Positions 49,283 through 59,381 are shown, numbered from the stretch's first letter. The stretch is 64,000 nucleotides of DNA from an uncultured Actinomycetes bacterium (GCA_963719165.1 CAVRAV010000001.1:1567565-1631564), one strand, 5' to 3'. The notes: generated by a model not told the origin, from the letters alone. Translations and numbers: made by a program.

Positions 49283-50586
49283 GTCTCGGGGTCGGGCTTT
49301 CCGAATTCGAAGTGCATGCCGTCGGGGATCAAGAACGCCCCGCCCCAGTTGAACCCATGCGCCCGGAAGATCCGGACGATCCGCGGATCCATCGAAGGCG
49401 TCGCGCCGTACGCGTTCTCCGGAGCGTTGATGTCTACGGCGGCGCCGTACGCGTGGTCAGATGGCGGGGCGGTCGGGCTGCGGGCGACCGTGCGCGGGTT
49501 CCAGCATCCGGAGTTGGTGTGGATCAGGCCGCCCAGCCCCGCTCGCTGCACGTCCTCGAGGGCCGCGATCAGCGCCGGGAACAGTTGCCGGTTGCAGGTG
49601 ATCCTTCCCAGCAGCGGGACCGTGCGGGTCTGGATGTGCGCCCGCACCCACGACGGGTCTTCCGTGAGGTAGGCGGGGTCCGCCTGCGGATGGGCGCTGA
49701 ACTCACCGAACGTCTCCTTCAGCACGACGGGCGGGTTCACGCCGCTGCCCACACGCATGTACCGGCTGCCGTTCGGGGCGACGACACGAAGCGGCGTGCC
49801 ACGCGGGAGCAGCCCACCGACCCATCGCCCGAACGTGGTTTCCGAGGGCGATCCGTCCGGCTGCGCCAAGAGGTAGCGCTCGTCGGTGATCCCCAGGGCG
49901 ATCCCCGCCTCCCGCGAGACCATCATCTCGCTCCAGCCCACCGCGGCGTCCGGCACGACGGCGCCGACATCGACGGTGTGTGCCCCGAACGTCATCGAGC
50001 CGCCGGGACCGATCTCGCGCAGACCGGCGCTGGACTCGCCCAGGACCGCTTCCCCCGCATCGAGCGCGTGCACGACCCGATCCCGGATGACGGCAGGGAG
50101 GAACTGGGCATACGTATCGGGACTCACCGCGAAGGCATCGATCGGTATCGCGAACGGGGGCTCGGGGCGGTCGACCACCGTGCCGTCCGCGTCGCGCGAG
50201 GCCGTCATCCACAAGGTATCGCCCGCGATCACGACCGTTCGCCCGAGCGCTGACAGCGCGTCAGCACGACGGCGGAGATCGGGCGGGAAGCCCCCCGACA
50301 TCCAGGCCAGGTACGCGGGCGGCATCGACGATGCGGCCTCGCCGGGGTCCGGGGAGCCGCCGCCGCCTCCGGTCGGCGCGTCGGCGCGCGGCGGCGGTTC
50401 GGAGGCCCTCGGCGCGAACAGCGTGAGGCCAAGCACGAGCAGCAGCAGGACGCCGACCAGCCCGACGAAGGCACGGCGTCGACGCACGGCCACGCTCGGT
50501 CGGCGGTGGGGAGCCACGAGGTCAGCGTACCGAGCCCACCGTCGGTGCGGGCGGTGCCCGATCGGGCGCCGTCGGCGGGTCGCCAT
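49279..50586 (-). CDS. Membrane-anchored M15 family peptidoglycan metallopeptidase
   Basis: C-terminal CWNPR, SDHAYGAAVDIN, WGG, DGMHFE; overlaps the dacB start. Confidence 0.88.
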   Translation of the reverse strand: MATRRRRPIGHRPHRRWARYADLVAPHRRPSVAVRRRRAFVGLVGVLLLLVLGLTLFAPRASEPPPRADAPTGGGGGSPDPGEAASSMPPAYLAWMSGGFPPDLRRRADALSALGRTVVIAGDTLWMTASRDADGTVVDRPEPPFAIPIDAFAVSPDTYAQFLPAVIRDRVVHALDAGEAVLGESSAGLREIGPGGSMTFGAHTVDVGAVVPDAAVGWSEMMVSREAGIALGITDERYLLAQPDGSPSETTFGRWVGGLLPRGTPLRVVAPNGSRYMRVGSGVNPPVVLKETFGEFSAHPQADPAYLTEDPSWVRAHIQTRTVPLLGRITCNRQLFPALIAALEDVQRAGLGGLIHTNSGCWNPRTVARSPTAPPSDHAYGAAVDINAPENAYGATPSMDPRIVRIFRAHGFNWGGAFLIPDGMHFEFGKPDPET

Positions 50587-50614
50587 CGGTCCGCGGGGGT
50601 GCCATCATCGCGCG

Positions 50615-51154
50615 ATGGCGCACCCTCGCAAGCCCAAGGTGAACAAGACGGGCCGACGCAGCGCCGGCATCATGCTGTGGCGCACTCGGGAAACCGGCCT
50701 GGAGGTGCTGCTGGGTCATCCCGGCGGTCCCTATTTCTCGCGCAAGGACGACGGCGACTGGACGGTGCTCAAGGGAGAATCAGAGCCCGGTGAGGAGCTC
50801 GAGGCCGTGGCCCAACGTGAGTTCGCGGAGGAGACGGGCCACACGATCGGTCCCGACGCTCCCCTGTACGAACTCGGCGACATCCGTCAGAAGTCCGGGA
50901 AGGTCGTGGTGGCGTGGGCAGTGGAGGGAGATCTTGATCCCGCGGCGGCGGTGAGCAACACCTTCGAGATGGAATGGCCGCCTCGCTCCGACAGGATCGA
51001 GGTGTTCCCCGAGATCGATCGGGTGGCGTGGTTCACGCTGGAGAAGGCCCACCGGAAGATCAAGGCCGCGCAGGCCCCCTTCCTCGAAAGGCTCGCACGG
51101 GCGATCGAGACGGGAGCCATCGGCGGGTCGAACGAGGACGCGATCGAAAGGTAG
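50615..51154 (+). CDS. NUDIX hydrolase
   Basis: SAGI, HPGGP, KGE...E....A.REFAEETG, EWPPRS, FPEIDR. Confidence 0.92.
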   Translation: MAHPRKPKVNKTGRRSAGIMLWRTRETGLEVLLGHPGGPYFSRKDDGDWTVLKGESEPGEELEAVAQREFAEETGHTIGPDAPLYELGDIRQKSGKVVVAWAVEGDLDPAAAVSNTFEMEWPPRSDRIEVFPEIDRVAWFTLEKAHRKIKAAQAPFLERLARAIETGAIGGSNEDAIER

Positions 51155-51233
51155 GGGCCACCGTGGTCCGCACCCGTGTGGTCGCGGGCCGGATGGGATC
51201 ACCCCCGTCACGTACCGCGTCGTTGGATGAGGA

Positions 51234-52190
51234 TCAGGTGCGCAACCCTGCCAGCGCCTTCCCGGCACGGTGCACGTCTTCCCCGGTCGAACCCGCGGGC
51301 ATGTTGAAGACCAGACCCTGGAGTCCCGCGTCGAGGAACGCTTGCGCCTGCTCGGCCACGGCGTCGCGGTCGCCCCAGACGAGGCGCATGGCCAGGCCGT
51401 CGTCATCGACCCCGCGATCGCGCTGCCACTTTGTCCTGCGGCGATCCGCGTCCTCGGCGGAATCGGCCACGATGAGGGTCCCCAGCCGCGTGGCGACGAT
51501 CTCGGAGCGATCGCGCCCCTCGGCGTCGCAATGCTCGGCGAGCACCTCGAGTTTGTGCCTGATCGTCCCGGCGTCGCCGAACCCGTTCCACATGTCCGCG
51601 TAGCGCGCCGTGAGTCGTAGCGTCTTCTTCTCCCCGCCGCCGCCGATCAGGATGGGAGGCCCGCCCGGTCGCACCGGCTGCGGGACGTTCATCGCGCCCT
51701 CCACGTGGTGGACCGATCCTCGGACCGTCGACTCACGCTGGGTAAACATGGACCGGCAGATCCGCAACGCGTCCTCCAGGCGCTCGAACCGCTCGCCCGC
51801 CGACGGCCATGGATAGCCGTAGGCACGCGACTCCTCCTCGTTCCAGGCGGCGCCGATACCCAGGATCGCTCGGCCCGAGGAGATCACGTCCAGGGTCGTC
51901 ACGACCTTCGCGAGGAACGCGGGATTCCGATACGTGACGCCCGTGACCATCGCGCCGAGCTGGATCCGCGACGTTCGAGCCGCCACCCCGGCGAGGAGCG
52001 TGTACGCCTCGAGCATCGGATCGGTCGTGGGCCCGATGGCGGCGATCTGATGATAGTGATCCATCACCCAGAACGAATCGAATCCGGCCTCCTCGGCCGC
52101 GAGGGCGATCCCGGCGATCCGCTCGAAGAGCATGTCGTCGGAGACGTCGGCGAACGTGAAACTCGGGAGCTGTAATCCGAAGTGCGTCAC
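51234..52190 (-). CDS. LLM-class F420-dependent oxidoreductase
   Basis: GFDSFWVMDH, GVTYRNP, LDVISSGR..LGIGA.W, IGGGGEKKTL. Confidence 0.93.
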   Translation of the reverse strand: MTHFGLQLPSFTFADVSDDMLFERIAGIALAAEEAGFDSFWVMDHYHQIAAIGPTTDPMLEAYTLLAGVAARTSRIQLGAMVTGVTYRNPAFLAKVVTTLDVISSGRAILGIGAAWNEEESRAYGYPWPSAGERFERLEDALRICRSMFTQRESTVRGSVHHVEGAMNVPQPVRPGGPPILIGGGGEKKTLRLTARYADMWNGFGDAGTIRHKLEVLAEHCDAEGRDRSEIVATRLGTLIVADSAEDADRRRTKWQRDRGVDDDGLAMRLVWGDRDAVAEQAQAFLDAGLQGLVFNMPAGSTGEDVHRAGKALAGLRT

Positions 52191-52321
52191 GCGATGGCTC
52201 CTTCGCTCTCCTCGGTGCTCTGTGCCCGACTCCCGGGCACCGATGGGAGACAGGATAGGCCGGCATGCGCGAACCGAGGCTTTCCGGCGCGGCGCTGCGC
52301 CTCTAGCGCAGGGTCGGCTCG

Positions 52322-52460
52322 ATGGACCTGAGGAACGCCGTCGACAGCATCGCCGGGCGCGCACGATCCGGCCACGACGAGCACCTTCACGGTGATCTCG
52401 AACACGTCGGAGGGAGCGTGGCCGATCGTGGAGCTCCTCGAGGGGCGCCTGGCGGACTGA
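52322..52460 (+). pseudogene. Possible remnant of a serine hydrolase (beta-lactamase family) gene with nearly all of the interior deleted
   Basis: MDLRNAVDSIA.. fused out of frame to HDPATTSTFTVISNTSEGAWPIVELLEGRLAD*; resembles the termini of actinobacterial serine hydrolases (from memory). Confidence 0.5.
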
Positions 52461-52476
52461 CCGCGTCGTGGCTCGG

Positions 52477-53340
52477 TCAGCAGGGCCGGTGCAGGTGGTA
52501 GGACGGGAACCGACGGCGCGCCCCGGCCCAGGTCGACAGATGCACGAGGTAGGTCTTCGACAACGAGCGCCAGGCCGGGTCGTCGGCGCAGTAGATCGTG
52601 GTGGCGCTCGCATACCGCGAGGCGTAGTACCCACCCGGGCTCGGGCCGGAACCGACCGAGGTGCCCTGACCGGTCGCACCGGGCGCTCCGCCCAAGTAGC
52701 GGCGATAGGCCGCCACCCAGTCCCCCGCCTCCTGACGCTGCGCCGCTTGCAGGGAGAGCTGCCCCGAACAGACCAGGTCGTGCAGTCTGTTCTCCAGTCT
52801 GTCCTTGGTGCGGGCGCCCCAACGACCCGCGTACGGCTCGGGCCAGAGGTTCCTCACGGCGTTCGATCCGCCGAGCTCGAGGGAGATCAGGTGATCGACC
52901 TCGTGCCGATACGGGACCCACGCCACGTGATAGCGCGCGTAAACCCGCGCCTTCAGCGCGTCGGACACGTCGCGCACGGACGAGGCGTAGCCGGGCGTGC
53001 AGATCTGCGCCGGGCCGACGCGGAACCTCGCCCCCGGCGTGAGCCCGTGCCGGGGCAGATCGGCGACGGGGATGCCGGCATGGTCGGCGTGCTCCTGTGA
53101 CGGTGGCGGGGGTTCGTGATGAACGCGCCCCGACGGGGTCCACGTCGGCACCCAAGACGGATGCCAGGCGCCGCCGCCAGGCGGCGGCGTGGAGTTCGCC
53201 GACGAGCCCACCGGTCGGGCCACCGGGTCCGGCGAAGCGGCCGCGCTACAACCGACCAGGAGGGCGGCGGCCACGAGGATCCCGAGCGTCGACGTACCGA
53301 CGCAGCGGCGCGATCGCGCGAGGCTCCCTCCAGCATCCAC
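52477..53340 (-). CDS. Putative lipoprotein with HNH-like nuclease domain
   Basis: LLVGC lipobox; LTPG, ICTPGY, HEVDHLISLELGGSN..RNLWPE, KDRLEN.LH..VC. Confidence 0.78.
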   Translation of the reverse strand: MDAGGSLARSRRCVGTSTLGILVAAALLVGCSAAASPDPVARPVGSSANSTPPPGGGAWHPSWVPTWTPSGRVHHEPPPPSQEHADHAGIPVADLPRHGLTPGARFRVGPAQICTPGYASSVRDVSDALKARVYARYHVAWVPYRHEVDHLISLELGGSNAVRNLWPEPYAGRWGARTKDRLENRLHDLVCSGQLSLQAAQRQEAGDWVAAYRRYLGGAPGATGQGTSVGSGPSPGGYYASRYASATTIYCADDPAWRSLSKTYLVHLSTWAGARRRFPSYHLHRPC

Positions 53341-53357
53341 CTCGTACAGTCTGGCGC

Positions 53358-54167
53358 GTGCCGCACCGCCTCGCAGCCGAATTGCTTGCCCGTTACGACG
53401 CCGAACTGCGCGGGCACGTGCCGGATCGATTGCCGCGAGGCGTCGAGGTCGAGCGCGACGGACCCCTCCTTCGCTTCGTCGGCTTCGCAGGCGGGGGCTT
53501 CGTCGGCTATCGCGATCTGGGAGGACTCGACGGAGCCGAGCTCGACGAGCTGATCGCCCGCCAGGTGCGCATCTTCGCGGCGCGCGGTGAACCCTTCGAG
53601 TGGAAGTTCCACGAGCACGACCGGCCGGCCGACCTCGCAGAGCGCCTGATGGCGGCGGGATTCGTGCCCGAGGATCGCGAGACGGTGGTGATCGCGCCGG
53701 TGGCCGCCGTCACCGGCGACGTGGTCCTGCCCGCGGGCGTGGCGTTGCGAGAGGTGCACGAGCGTGCTGATCTCGATCGCATCGGCGCCATGGAGGAGGC
53801 GATCTGGCGGGACGGTCGCCAAGGCTGGCTCGCCGAGACCCTCGAAGCGGAGCGTTCCGCCGATCCCTTCGCCATGACGATCGTGGTGGCCGAGGCGGGC
53901 GGACAGGTTGCTTGTGCCGGCTGGGTGCGGTTCGTGCCGGGGACGGGGTTCGCGACGCTCTGGGGGGGAGGCACCCTGGAACAGTGGCGCGGGCGCGGCA
54001 TCTACCGCGCGATGGTGGCCTACCGTGCGGATCTGGCCGCAGACAGGGGCTTCCCCTATCTCCAGGTGGACGCCTCGGCCGACAGCCGGCCGATCCTCGA
54101 ACGACTCGGGTTCGTCGCGGTGACGACGACCACGCCGTTCGTCTGGACGCCCTCGGTGCCTGCCTAG
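53358..54167 (+). CDS. GNAT acetyltransferase
   Basis: LWGGGT...WRGRGIYRA, VDAS..SRPILERLGF; TACAGT box 7 nt before GTG. Confidence 0.9.
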   Translation: MPHRLAAELLARYDAELRGHVPDRLPRGVEVERDGPLLRFVGFAGGGFVGYRDLGGLDGAELDELIARQVRIFAARGEPFEWKFHEHDRPADLAERLMAAGFVPEDRETVVIAPVAAVTGDVVLPAGVALREVHERADLDRIGAMEEAIWRDGRQGWLAETLEAERSADPFAMTIVVAEAGGQVACAGWVRFVPGTGFATLWGGGTLEQWRGRGIYRAMVAYRADLAADRGFPYLQVDASADSRPILERLGFVAVTTTTPFVWTPSVPA

Positions 54168-54238
54168 GGCCACAAAGATCAGCAGATCGGGCCTTGTGGC
54201 GGACCGTCATCGTGGCCTAGATTCACCAGGGGGGTCTC

Positions 54239-55060
54239 ATGCACCGGTACCTCGTCGTTGCGAACCGGACACTCGGGGGGGAACAGCTCCTGGCGACCGT
54301 CCGCGAGCGTTCTGAGGTGGCGCCCTCGGAGTTCTTCATCCTCGTTCCCGCGTCGACGCCACGAGGCACGGCCACCTGGAGCGAGAGCGAGGTCTCGCTC
54401 ATCGCAAGGGACCGGCTCGATCGAGCCCTCGCGCGATTCCGTGCGGCAGGCGTCAAGGCCGAGGGCAGCGTCGGCGACGCCGACGCCTTCCTCGCCGTCG
54501 ATGACGTGCTCCGGGGAGCCACGTTCGACGAAGTCATCATCTCCACCCCGCCGCAGCGCGGTCGAGGGAAGAAAGGCGGCCTGCCAGCTCGGGTCGAGGG
54601 CGCCTTCGGCCTCCCCGTCACCCACGTCGCTTCGGCGTCGGAGCCCTCGCCCGACGAGCGCGCCCTGAGGCTGGTCCCCTGGCTCGCCTCGTTGTCTCGA
54701 CATCGTCTGCACGTGCTTGCCAGAGCAAGCGTCATCGGCGAGTTCCGCGACGGAGAGACCATCGTGAAGGACGGCACGTCGGGATCGGACCTCTACGTGA
54801 TCCTCGACGGGCGGGTCAACGTGCAACAGCACGGGCGGACCGTGGCCCGGATGGCCGCGGGCGAGATGTTCGGTGAGATCTCGCTCCTCGATCCGGGGCC
54901 TCGGACGGCCGATGTCATCGCGGATGGGCCGACGCGATGCCTTCACCTCGCCGGAAGAGACTTCCAGGAGGCTCTCGAGTCGGACCCGAAGCTTGCCCTC
55001 TCGGTGCTCCAGGCCGTGGGAAAGCGGATGAGGGACCTCGTTCGGTCTCCCTGCGCCTAG
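54239..55060 (+). CDS. USP-like domain fused to cyclic-nucleotide-binding domain
   Basis: YLVVANRTLGG, GDAD, DEVIIST (USP-like); FGEISLL..GPRTA.V (CNB phosphate-binding cassette). Confidence 0.85.
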   Translation: MHRYLVVANRTLGGEQLLATVRERSEVAPSEFFILVPASTPRGTATWSESEVSLIARDRLDRALARFRAAGVKAEGSVGDADAFLAVDDVLRGATFDEVIISTPPQRGRGKKGGLPARVEGAFGLPVTHVASASEPSPDERALRLVPWLASLSRHRLHVLARASVIGEFRDGETIVKDGTSGSDLYVILDGRVNVQQHGRTVARMAAGEMFGEISLLDPGPRTADVIADGPTRCLHLAGRDFQEALESDPKLALSVLQAVGKRMRDLVRSPCA

Positions 55061-55066
55061 CGTCTC

Positions 55067-56458
55067 CTAAACAGATTGCGCTTCGCGGGCGTCGCCGCCC
55101 GCCAGCCGGTAGAGGAGCCAGAGCTCGGGCACCCCTTTGAGCCTGTGCTCGCCCGCGTCCTCGAACAGGAGACCGGACCCGGACACGAGCCCCTGCACCG
55201 TATGGGACACGAGCACTTCGGAAGGGGCCGCCAGCGACGCGATCCGTGCGCCGATGTTGACGGCGATGCCTCCGACCTTCCCTGCGATCGTCTGAACCTC
55301 CCCCGTGTGCACCCCCGCGCGGACCTCGATACCGAGACCTTTCACCGCCTCGGCGATCGCGTGGGCGCATCGCACACCCCGCGCCGGCCCGTCGAACGTC
55401 GCGAAGAAGCCGTCCCCCGCGGTGTCGACCTCCTTGCCCCGGAACCGACCGAGCATCGCCCGCACGATTCCATGATGGCGTTCCACGAGATCCCTCCATC
55501 CCTCGTCCCCGAGCTCCGCGGCCTTCTCCGTCGAACCCGCGATGTCGGTGAACATCACCGTGGCGAGCATGCGGTCGAGGTCGGCCTCCTCGCCGTGCAC
55601 CTCGGCCACGAAGCGCTCGATCTCATCGAGCAGATCGTCTTGCGGGCCCATCACGAAGAGGTGCTCGTTCCCAGGGAACGACACGAAGTGTGATCCACGG
55701 ATCTGGTCGGCGAGCCATCTCGTCTCCTCCACGGCGTAGTCGAGGTCATCGTCGCGGGCGAGCACCAGCGTTGGCACGTGGATCGCCGGAAGGGCCGACC
55801 TCACATCGATCGCCCGGTTCATCAGGCCGAGAGCGTTCACGGCCCCCGGGCTCGCGGCGTTCCGCATGTACTCGGCGAGCCACGCTTGCATCGCCTCGTC
55901 GTCGGCCGAAGGGGGTGAGAACGACTCCACGAGGAACTCCCTGGCCAGCTCCTTCGTTCCCCACAGCCGTTCGCGCCGTTCCCGGAACGCTTCGAGCTCC
56001 CGCTCCTCGTCCTCGGACGCCCGAAACGGGTAGTCCGGGGCGTTGTTCCAGCACGCGCTGGTGCCGAACACGATCAGCCCGATCGTGCGCTCCGGGTACG
56101 TCGCGGCGAAGAGCAGCGCCATGGGACCTCCCTCCGACACGCCGAGCACGACCGCGCGTTGTGATCCGACGGCGTCCATCACGGCCCGCGCGTCATCCAT
56201 CCTCACCTCGAGCGACGGGAGCCGATCCTCGGCCACCCGATCGGAGAGTCCGACGCCTCGTTTGTCGAACACCATCACCCGCGAGAACGACGCGAGACGC
56301 GAGAAGAACCGCATGAATCTCGGCTCCGTCCACATGCGTTCGATGTGCGTGACCCAACCCAGCACGAACAAGACATCGATGGGCCCATCTCCGAACACCT
56401 GGTACGCCACATGGACACCGTCGACCGTCGTCGCGTAGCGGGTCTCGGGGATCTCCAC
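55067..56458 (-). CDS. Alpha/beta hydrolase - adenylate/guanylate cyclase fusion (LipJ-like)
   Basis: PETRYA, FDKRGVGLSD, GVSEGG; ATVMFTDI..ST, DTAGDGF, GVHTGE, LKGVP. Confidence 0.92.
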   Translation of the reverse strand: MEIPETRYATTVDGVHVAYQVFGDGPIDVLFVLGWVTHIERMWTEPRFMRFFSRLASFSRVMVFDKRGVGLSDRVAEDRLPSLEVRMDDARAVMDAVGSQRAVVLGVSEGGPMALLFAATYPERTIGLIVFGTSACWNNAPDYPFRASEDEERELEAFRERRERLWGTKELAREFLVESFSPPSADDEAMQAWLAEYMRNAASPGAVNALGLMNRAIDVRSALPAIHVPTLVLARDDDLDYAVEETRWLADQIRGSHFVSFPGNEHLFVMGPQDDLLDEIERFVAEVHGEEADLDRMLATVMFTDIAGSTEKAAELGDEGWRDLVERHHGIVRAMLGRFRGKEVDTAGDGFFATFDGPARGVRCAHAIAEAVKGLGIEVRAGVHTGEVQTIAGKVGGIAVNIGARIASLAAPSEVLVSHTVQGLVSGSGLLFEDAGEHRLKGVPELWLLYRLAGGDAREAQSV

Positions 56459-56600
56459 ACGCGTATCCTGAGCGTGATCGCCCCTCGGCGACAAATCGAT
56501 CGGCGCGGCGGCTCCTCGGCGGACGCGGCCGAAAGGCCGACACGGACATGGACATTCGGCCGATGCCGACTCCCCCCCAGATGCCCTACGGTCCAGACCC

Positions 56601-56819
56601 ATGGAGACCGTCGAACATCCTCAACGAGCCCTGCTTCCCCGCCCCTCAGATGCGCGCCGCGTCTACTGCACGATGTGCGAGCACACCGAGTTCGTCCACG
56701 GAGACCACGGTGGCCGCCGGTGCTTGTACTCCGAATGCCGCTGCGGCGGCTTCACGCTGGGCTCGGTCTCGCAGATCTACGTGCCGCTCGAGGACCCCGC
56801 GCTGCGGTCGGCAAGCTAG
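56601..56819 (+). CDS. Small Cys/His-rich putative zinc-binding protein
   Basis: CTMCEHTEFVH..CLYSECRC; TACGGT box upstream. Confidence 0.6.
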   Translation: METVEHPQRALLPRPSDARRVYCTMCEHTEFVHGDHGGRRCLYSECRCGGFTLGSVSQIYVPLEDPALRSAS

Positions 56820-56971
56820 CCGGTCGTCGGGCCTTCGGGCCCTGCTTGCGCCCTCCCGTGAACATACGAAGGGCGGGGGGATGAGCACCCCGCCCAACGC
56901 ATGTTCGCCGATGCTCCCGAGGGAGCGCTCGCGTTCGTACCCCTCCTCGGCCGACATAAACGGGTCGGGAG

Positions 56972-58573
56972 CTAGAAACGGCCCGCCCGTCGCACGTCGC
57001 GAGGACGTCCGTCCGGGTCGGCGCCGAATCGGTTGAGCGTCCGGGCCCACGGCCTGGCCCACATCGGGAGCGGTTCCGGCCGATGGCGGCGGGCGCGCCC
57101 TGCCGGCCTGGGGTCTCCTCGCCCCCTCCGGTGCCATGCATCGAGCGCGTCGGCGGTTCGGCGCCACACCTCGAAGCCACGGTCCGGGTCGAGGAGCTCT
57201 TCGTCGGTCGGGCCCTGACCCAGATGCTCGCGCCACAGCTGAAGGCGAAGCTCACGCGGCAACGCCCGGGCTCGATCGCCCGTGCCGCTGGGGTCCGTGG
57301 GTTCGCGGGGGTCGACCCGCGGGTCGAGGAGCGCGCACGATAGCTCGGAGTCGTGGGTCCACGAGCGCAGGTTCAGGTTGTCCGAGCCGATCGTCATCCA
57401 CACGTCGTCGACGATGCACACCTTCGCGTGCACGTAGATCGGGCGTCCGGCCTCGCTCTCGAGATCGTAGATCGCCACGCGGTCGCCTCCGGCGCGCTTC
57501 ACGAGCTCCACGGCCTCGATCTGCCCCACTCGCTGGATGGGTCCGGAGATCCGCCCATCCCGGTCCGGATGACGAGGAACGACGGCGATCAGGCGCAGGC
57601 CGGGCGACCGTCGCAGGGCGCGGGCCAGACCGTTCGCCACCTCTCGCGACCACAGGTACTGATCCTCGACGTAGATGAACGACCGCGCCCGGGCGAACGC
57701 CTTGCTGTAGGCGCGCGCCACGCTGCGCTCGCCCCTCGGAGCGAACGGATAAGGTGGACGCCGGCTCGGGTAGGTCCGCAGAACCTGCACGGCCACATCC
57801 CCGGCCGGAGGCGGCGCCTCCGCCTCCGGAGGCAGCGGCTTGGCGCGACGCGGAGCTCGCACGGAACGATGCAGGAGTCCTCGGATCGCACCCATGTGAT
57901 CGAGCCGGGTCGGGTCTTCCCATCGCTCCCGGAACGTGTGGACGAGGTCGCCCACCACGGGGCCGCGAAGCTCCATCTGCACGTCGTGCCAGGCGGGTGT
58001 CGGACCGTATCGCGCGTCCAAGCTGATCGGCTGGGGATCGCCGAGGTGCCGCTCGTCGTCGTTGCGGCCGTGACACAGGTCGATGCCGCCGACGAAGGCA
58101 ACATCTTCGGTGGGGTCCTGGCGGCGGATGAGGACCATCTTCTGGTGGTGCGAACCGAACCATCGCACGCGTTCGTCGAGCAGGATCTCGCCGCCCGACC
58201 GGTTCACCCGTTCGCTCAGCTTCGCGTTCTCCTGCTCCGAGAAGTTCTCTTCATCAGGGTGCGAGCGCCACACGAGTCCGCGCACGTCAGCACCCCTCGA
58301 GGCCGCGTCCGCGAGGAGCGTGCCGATCTCCGACCCCGGCCCGTCCATGCGTTCATCGGCGTCACTTCGCCAGTCGAATAGGTACACGCGATCCCCCGAG
58401 CCGAGGGTGCGCAAAGCGTTTGCGAGGCGCGTGAAGTACGTGCGGCCGTGCACGAGCGGCGTGACGGAGTTGCCTTCGGTCCACGCACGCCCGTCGGCGT
58501 GGATGGCATCGAGCCGGGTTGCCGAGTTGTTGCGCTCGCCCTCGGTGAGGAACCATCGGTCGGTGCCGTGCAT
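56972..58573 (-). CDS. Phospholipase D family protein
   Basis: SHHQK..AFVGGIDL, WHD, YVEDQY, YVHAKVCIVDD..GSDNLN.RS. Confidence 0.92.
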   Translation of the reverse strand: MHGTDRWFLTEGERNNSATRLDAIHADGRAWTEGNSVTPLVHGRTYFTRLANALRTLGSGDRVYLFDWRSDADERMDGPGSEIGTLLADAASRGADVRGLVWRSHPDEENFSEQENAKLSERVNRSGGEILLDERVRWFGSHHQKMVLIRRQDPTEDVAFVGGIDLCHGRNDDERHLGDPQPISLDARYGPTPAWHDVQMELRGPVVGDLVHTFRERWEDPTRLDHMGAIRGLLHRSVRAPRRAKPLPPEAEAPPPAGDVAVQVLRTYPSRRPPYPFAPRGERSVARAYSKAFARARSFIYVEDQYLWSREVANGLARALRRSPGLRLIAVVPRHPDRDGRISGPIQRVGQIEAVELVKRAGGDRVAIYDLESEAGRPIYVHAKVCIVDDVWMTIGSDNLNLRSWTHDSELSCALLDPRVDPREPTDPSGTGDRARALPRELRLQLWREHLGQGPTDEELLDPDRGFEVWRRTADALDAWHRRGRGDPRPAGRARRHRPEPLPMWARPWARTLNRFGADPDGRPRDVRRAGRF

Positions 58574-58643
58574 GTCACCCATCCTGGCAGGGATGCGCCT
58601 CCGCACCCCTGCCACGAGCTCGCCCGCCTGGCATCCTGGAAGC

Positions 58644-59381
58644 ATGACAGACGTCGACAGGGGGATGCCCGGACCGCTCGCGCTCGTCGGCGGCGACGAG
58701 CTCAACCCCGGCAATGAGCCGCAGGACCGGGTCCTGGTGGAGGCGGCCGGGGGCGGCGCCGCGTACATCCTCGCGACCGCGGCCGCCCGCCATGGTCCCG
58801 ATCGGGCGGTGGACAACGCCCGCAGCTGGTTCCAGGGGTTGGGGTTGGCGGTGGACCAGCTTCCAGCCACCACGCGGGGCGCGGTCAAGGATCCCGCGAA
58901 CGTAGAGAAGGCGCGGACGGGCCGCTTCTTCTACCTGGTTGGCGGCGATCCGGGCATCGTCCCGGACGTTCTCTCGGGTTCGCCGGTGTGGGAGGCGGTC
59001 GTGACCTCCTGGGCCGGGGGCGCCGCGCTGGCAGGCTCGTCGGCCGGGGCGATGGCGATGGGCGGCTGGACACTCATCCGCGACCGCCACCCCGGCGACG
59101 ATCGGCGTCGGTTCAAACCGGCGCTCGGACTGGTGCCGGGGGTCGCGGTGATCCCCCACTTCGACACGTTCGGTCAACGCTGGGTACGACCCGCCCTCGC
59201 CGCGTCTCCGGCTCCCGACGTCGTGCTCGTGGGCATCGACGAACGCACCGCCGCGATCGAGCGCGAACAGCATTGGGAGGTCCTCGGCGCGGGCGGTGTC
59301 ACCGTGTTCCGCGGGGGCGACTCCCGAAGGTTCCCGAGCGGCGCCGTCCTCGAGGGTCTTCCGAGCCCCGCGCGGCCGTGA
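58644..59381 (+). CDS. Peptidase S51 / cyanophycinase-like protein
   Basis: LVGGDE, YLVGGDP, GSSAGAM, IPHFD, GIDERTA. Confidence 0.88.
   Translation: MTDVDRGMPGPLALVGGDELNPGNEPQDRVLVEAAGGGAAYILATAAARHGPDRAVDNARSWFQGLGLAVDQLPATTRGAVKDPANVEKARTGRFFYLVGGDPGIVPDVLSGSPVWEAVVTSWAGGAALAGSSAGAMAMGGWTLIRDRHPGDDRRRFKPALGLVPGVAVIPHFDTFGQRWVRPALAASPAPDVVLVGIDERTAAIEREQHWEVLGAGGVTVFRGGDSRRFPSGAVLEGLPSPARP

Noticed and set aside
56520-56560. CGGCC-GAAA-GGCCG hairpin and short GGACA repeats
   Set aside because: Too short to separate from chance in GC-rich DNA
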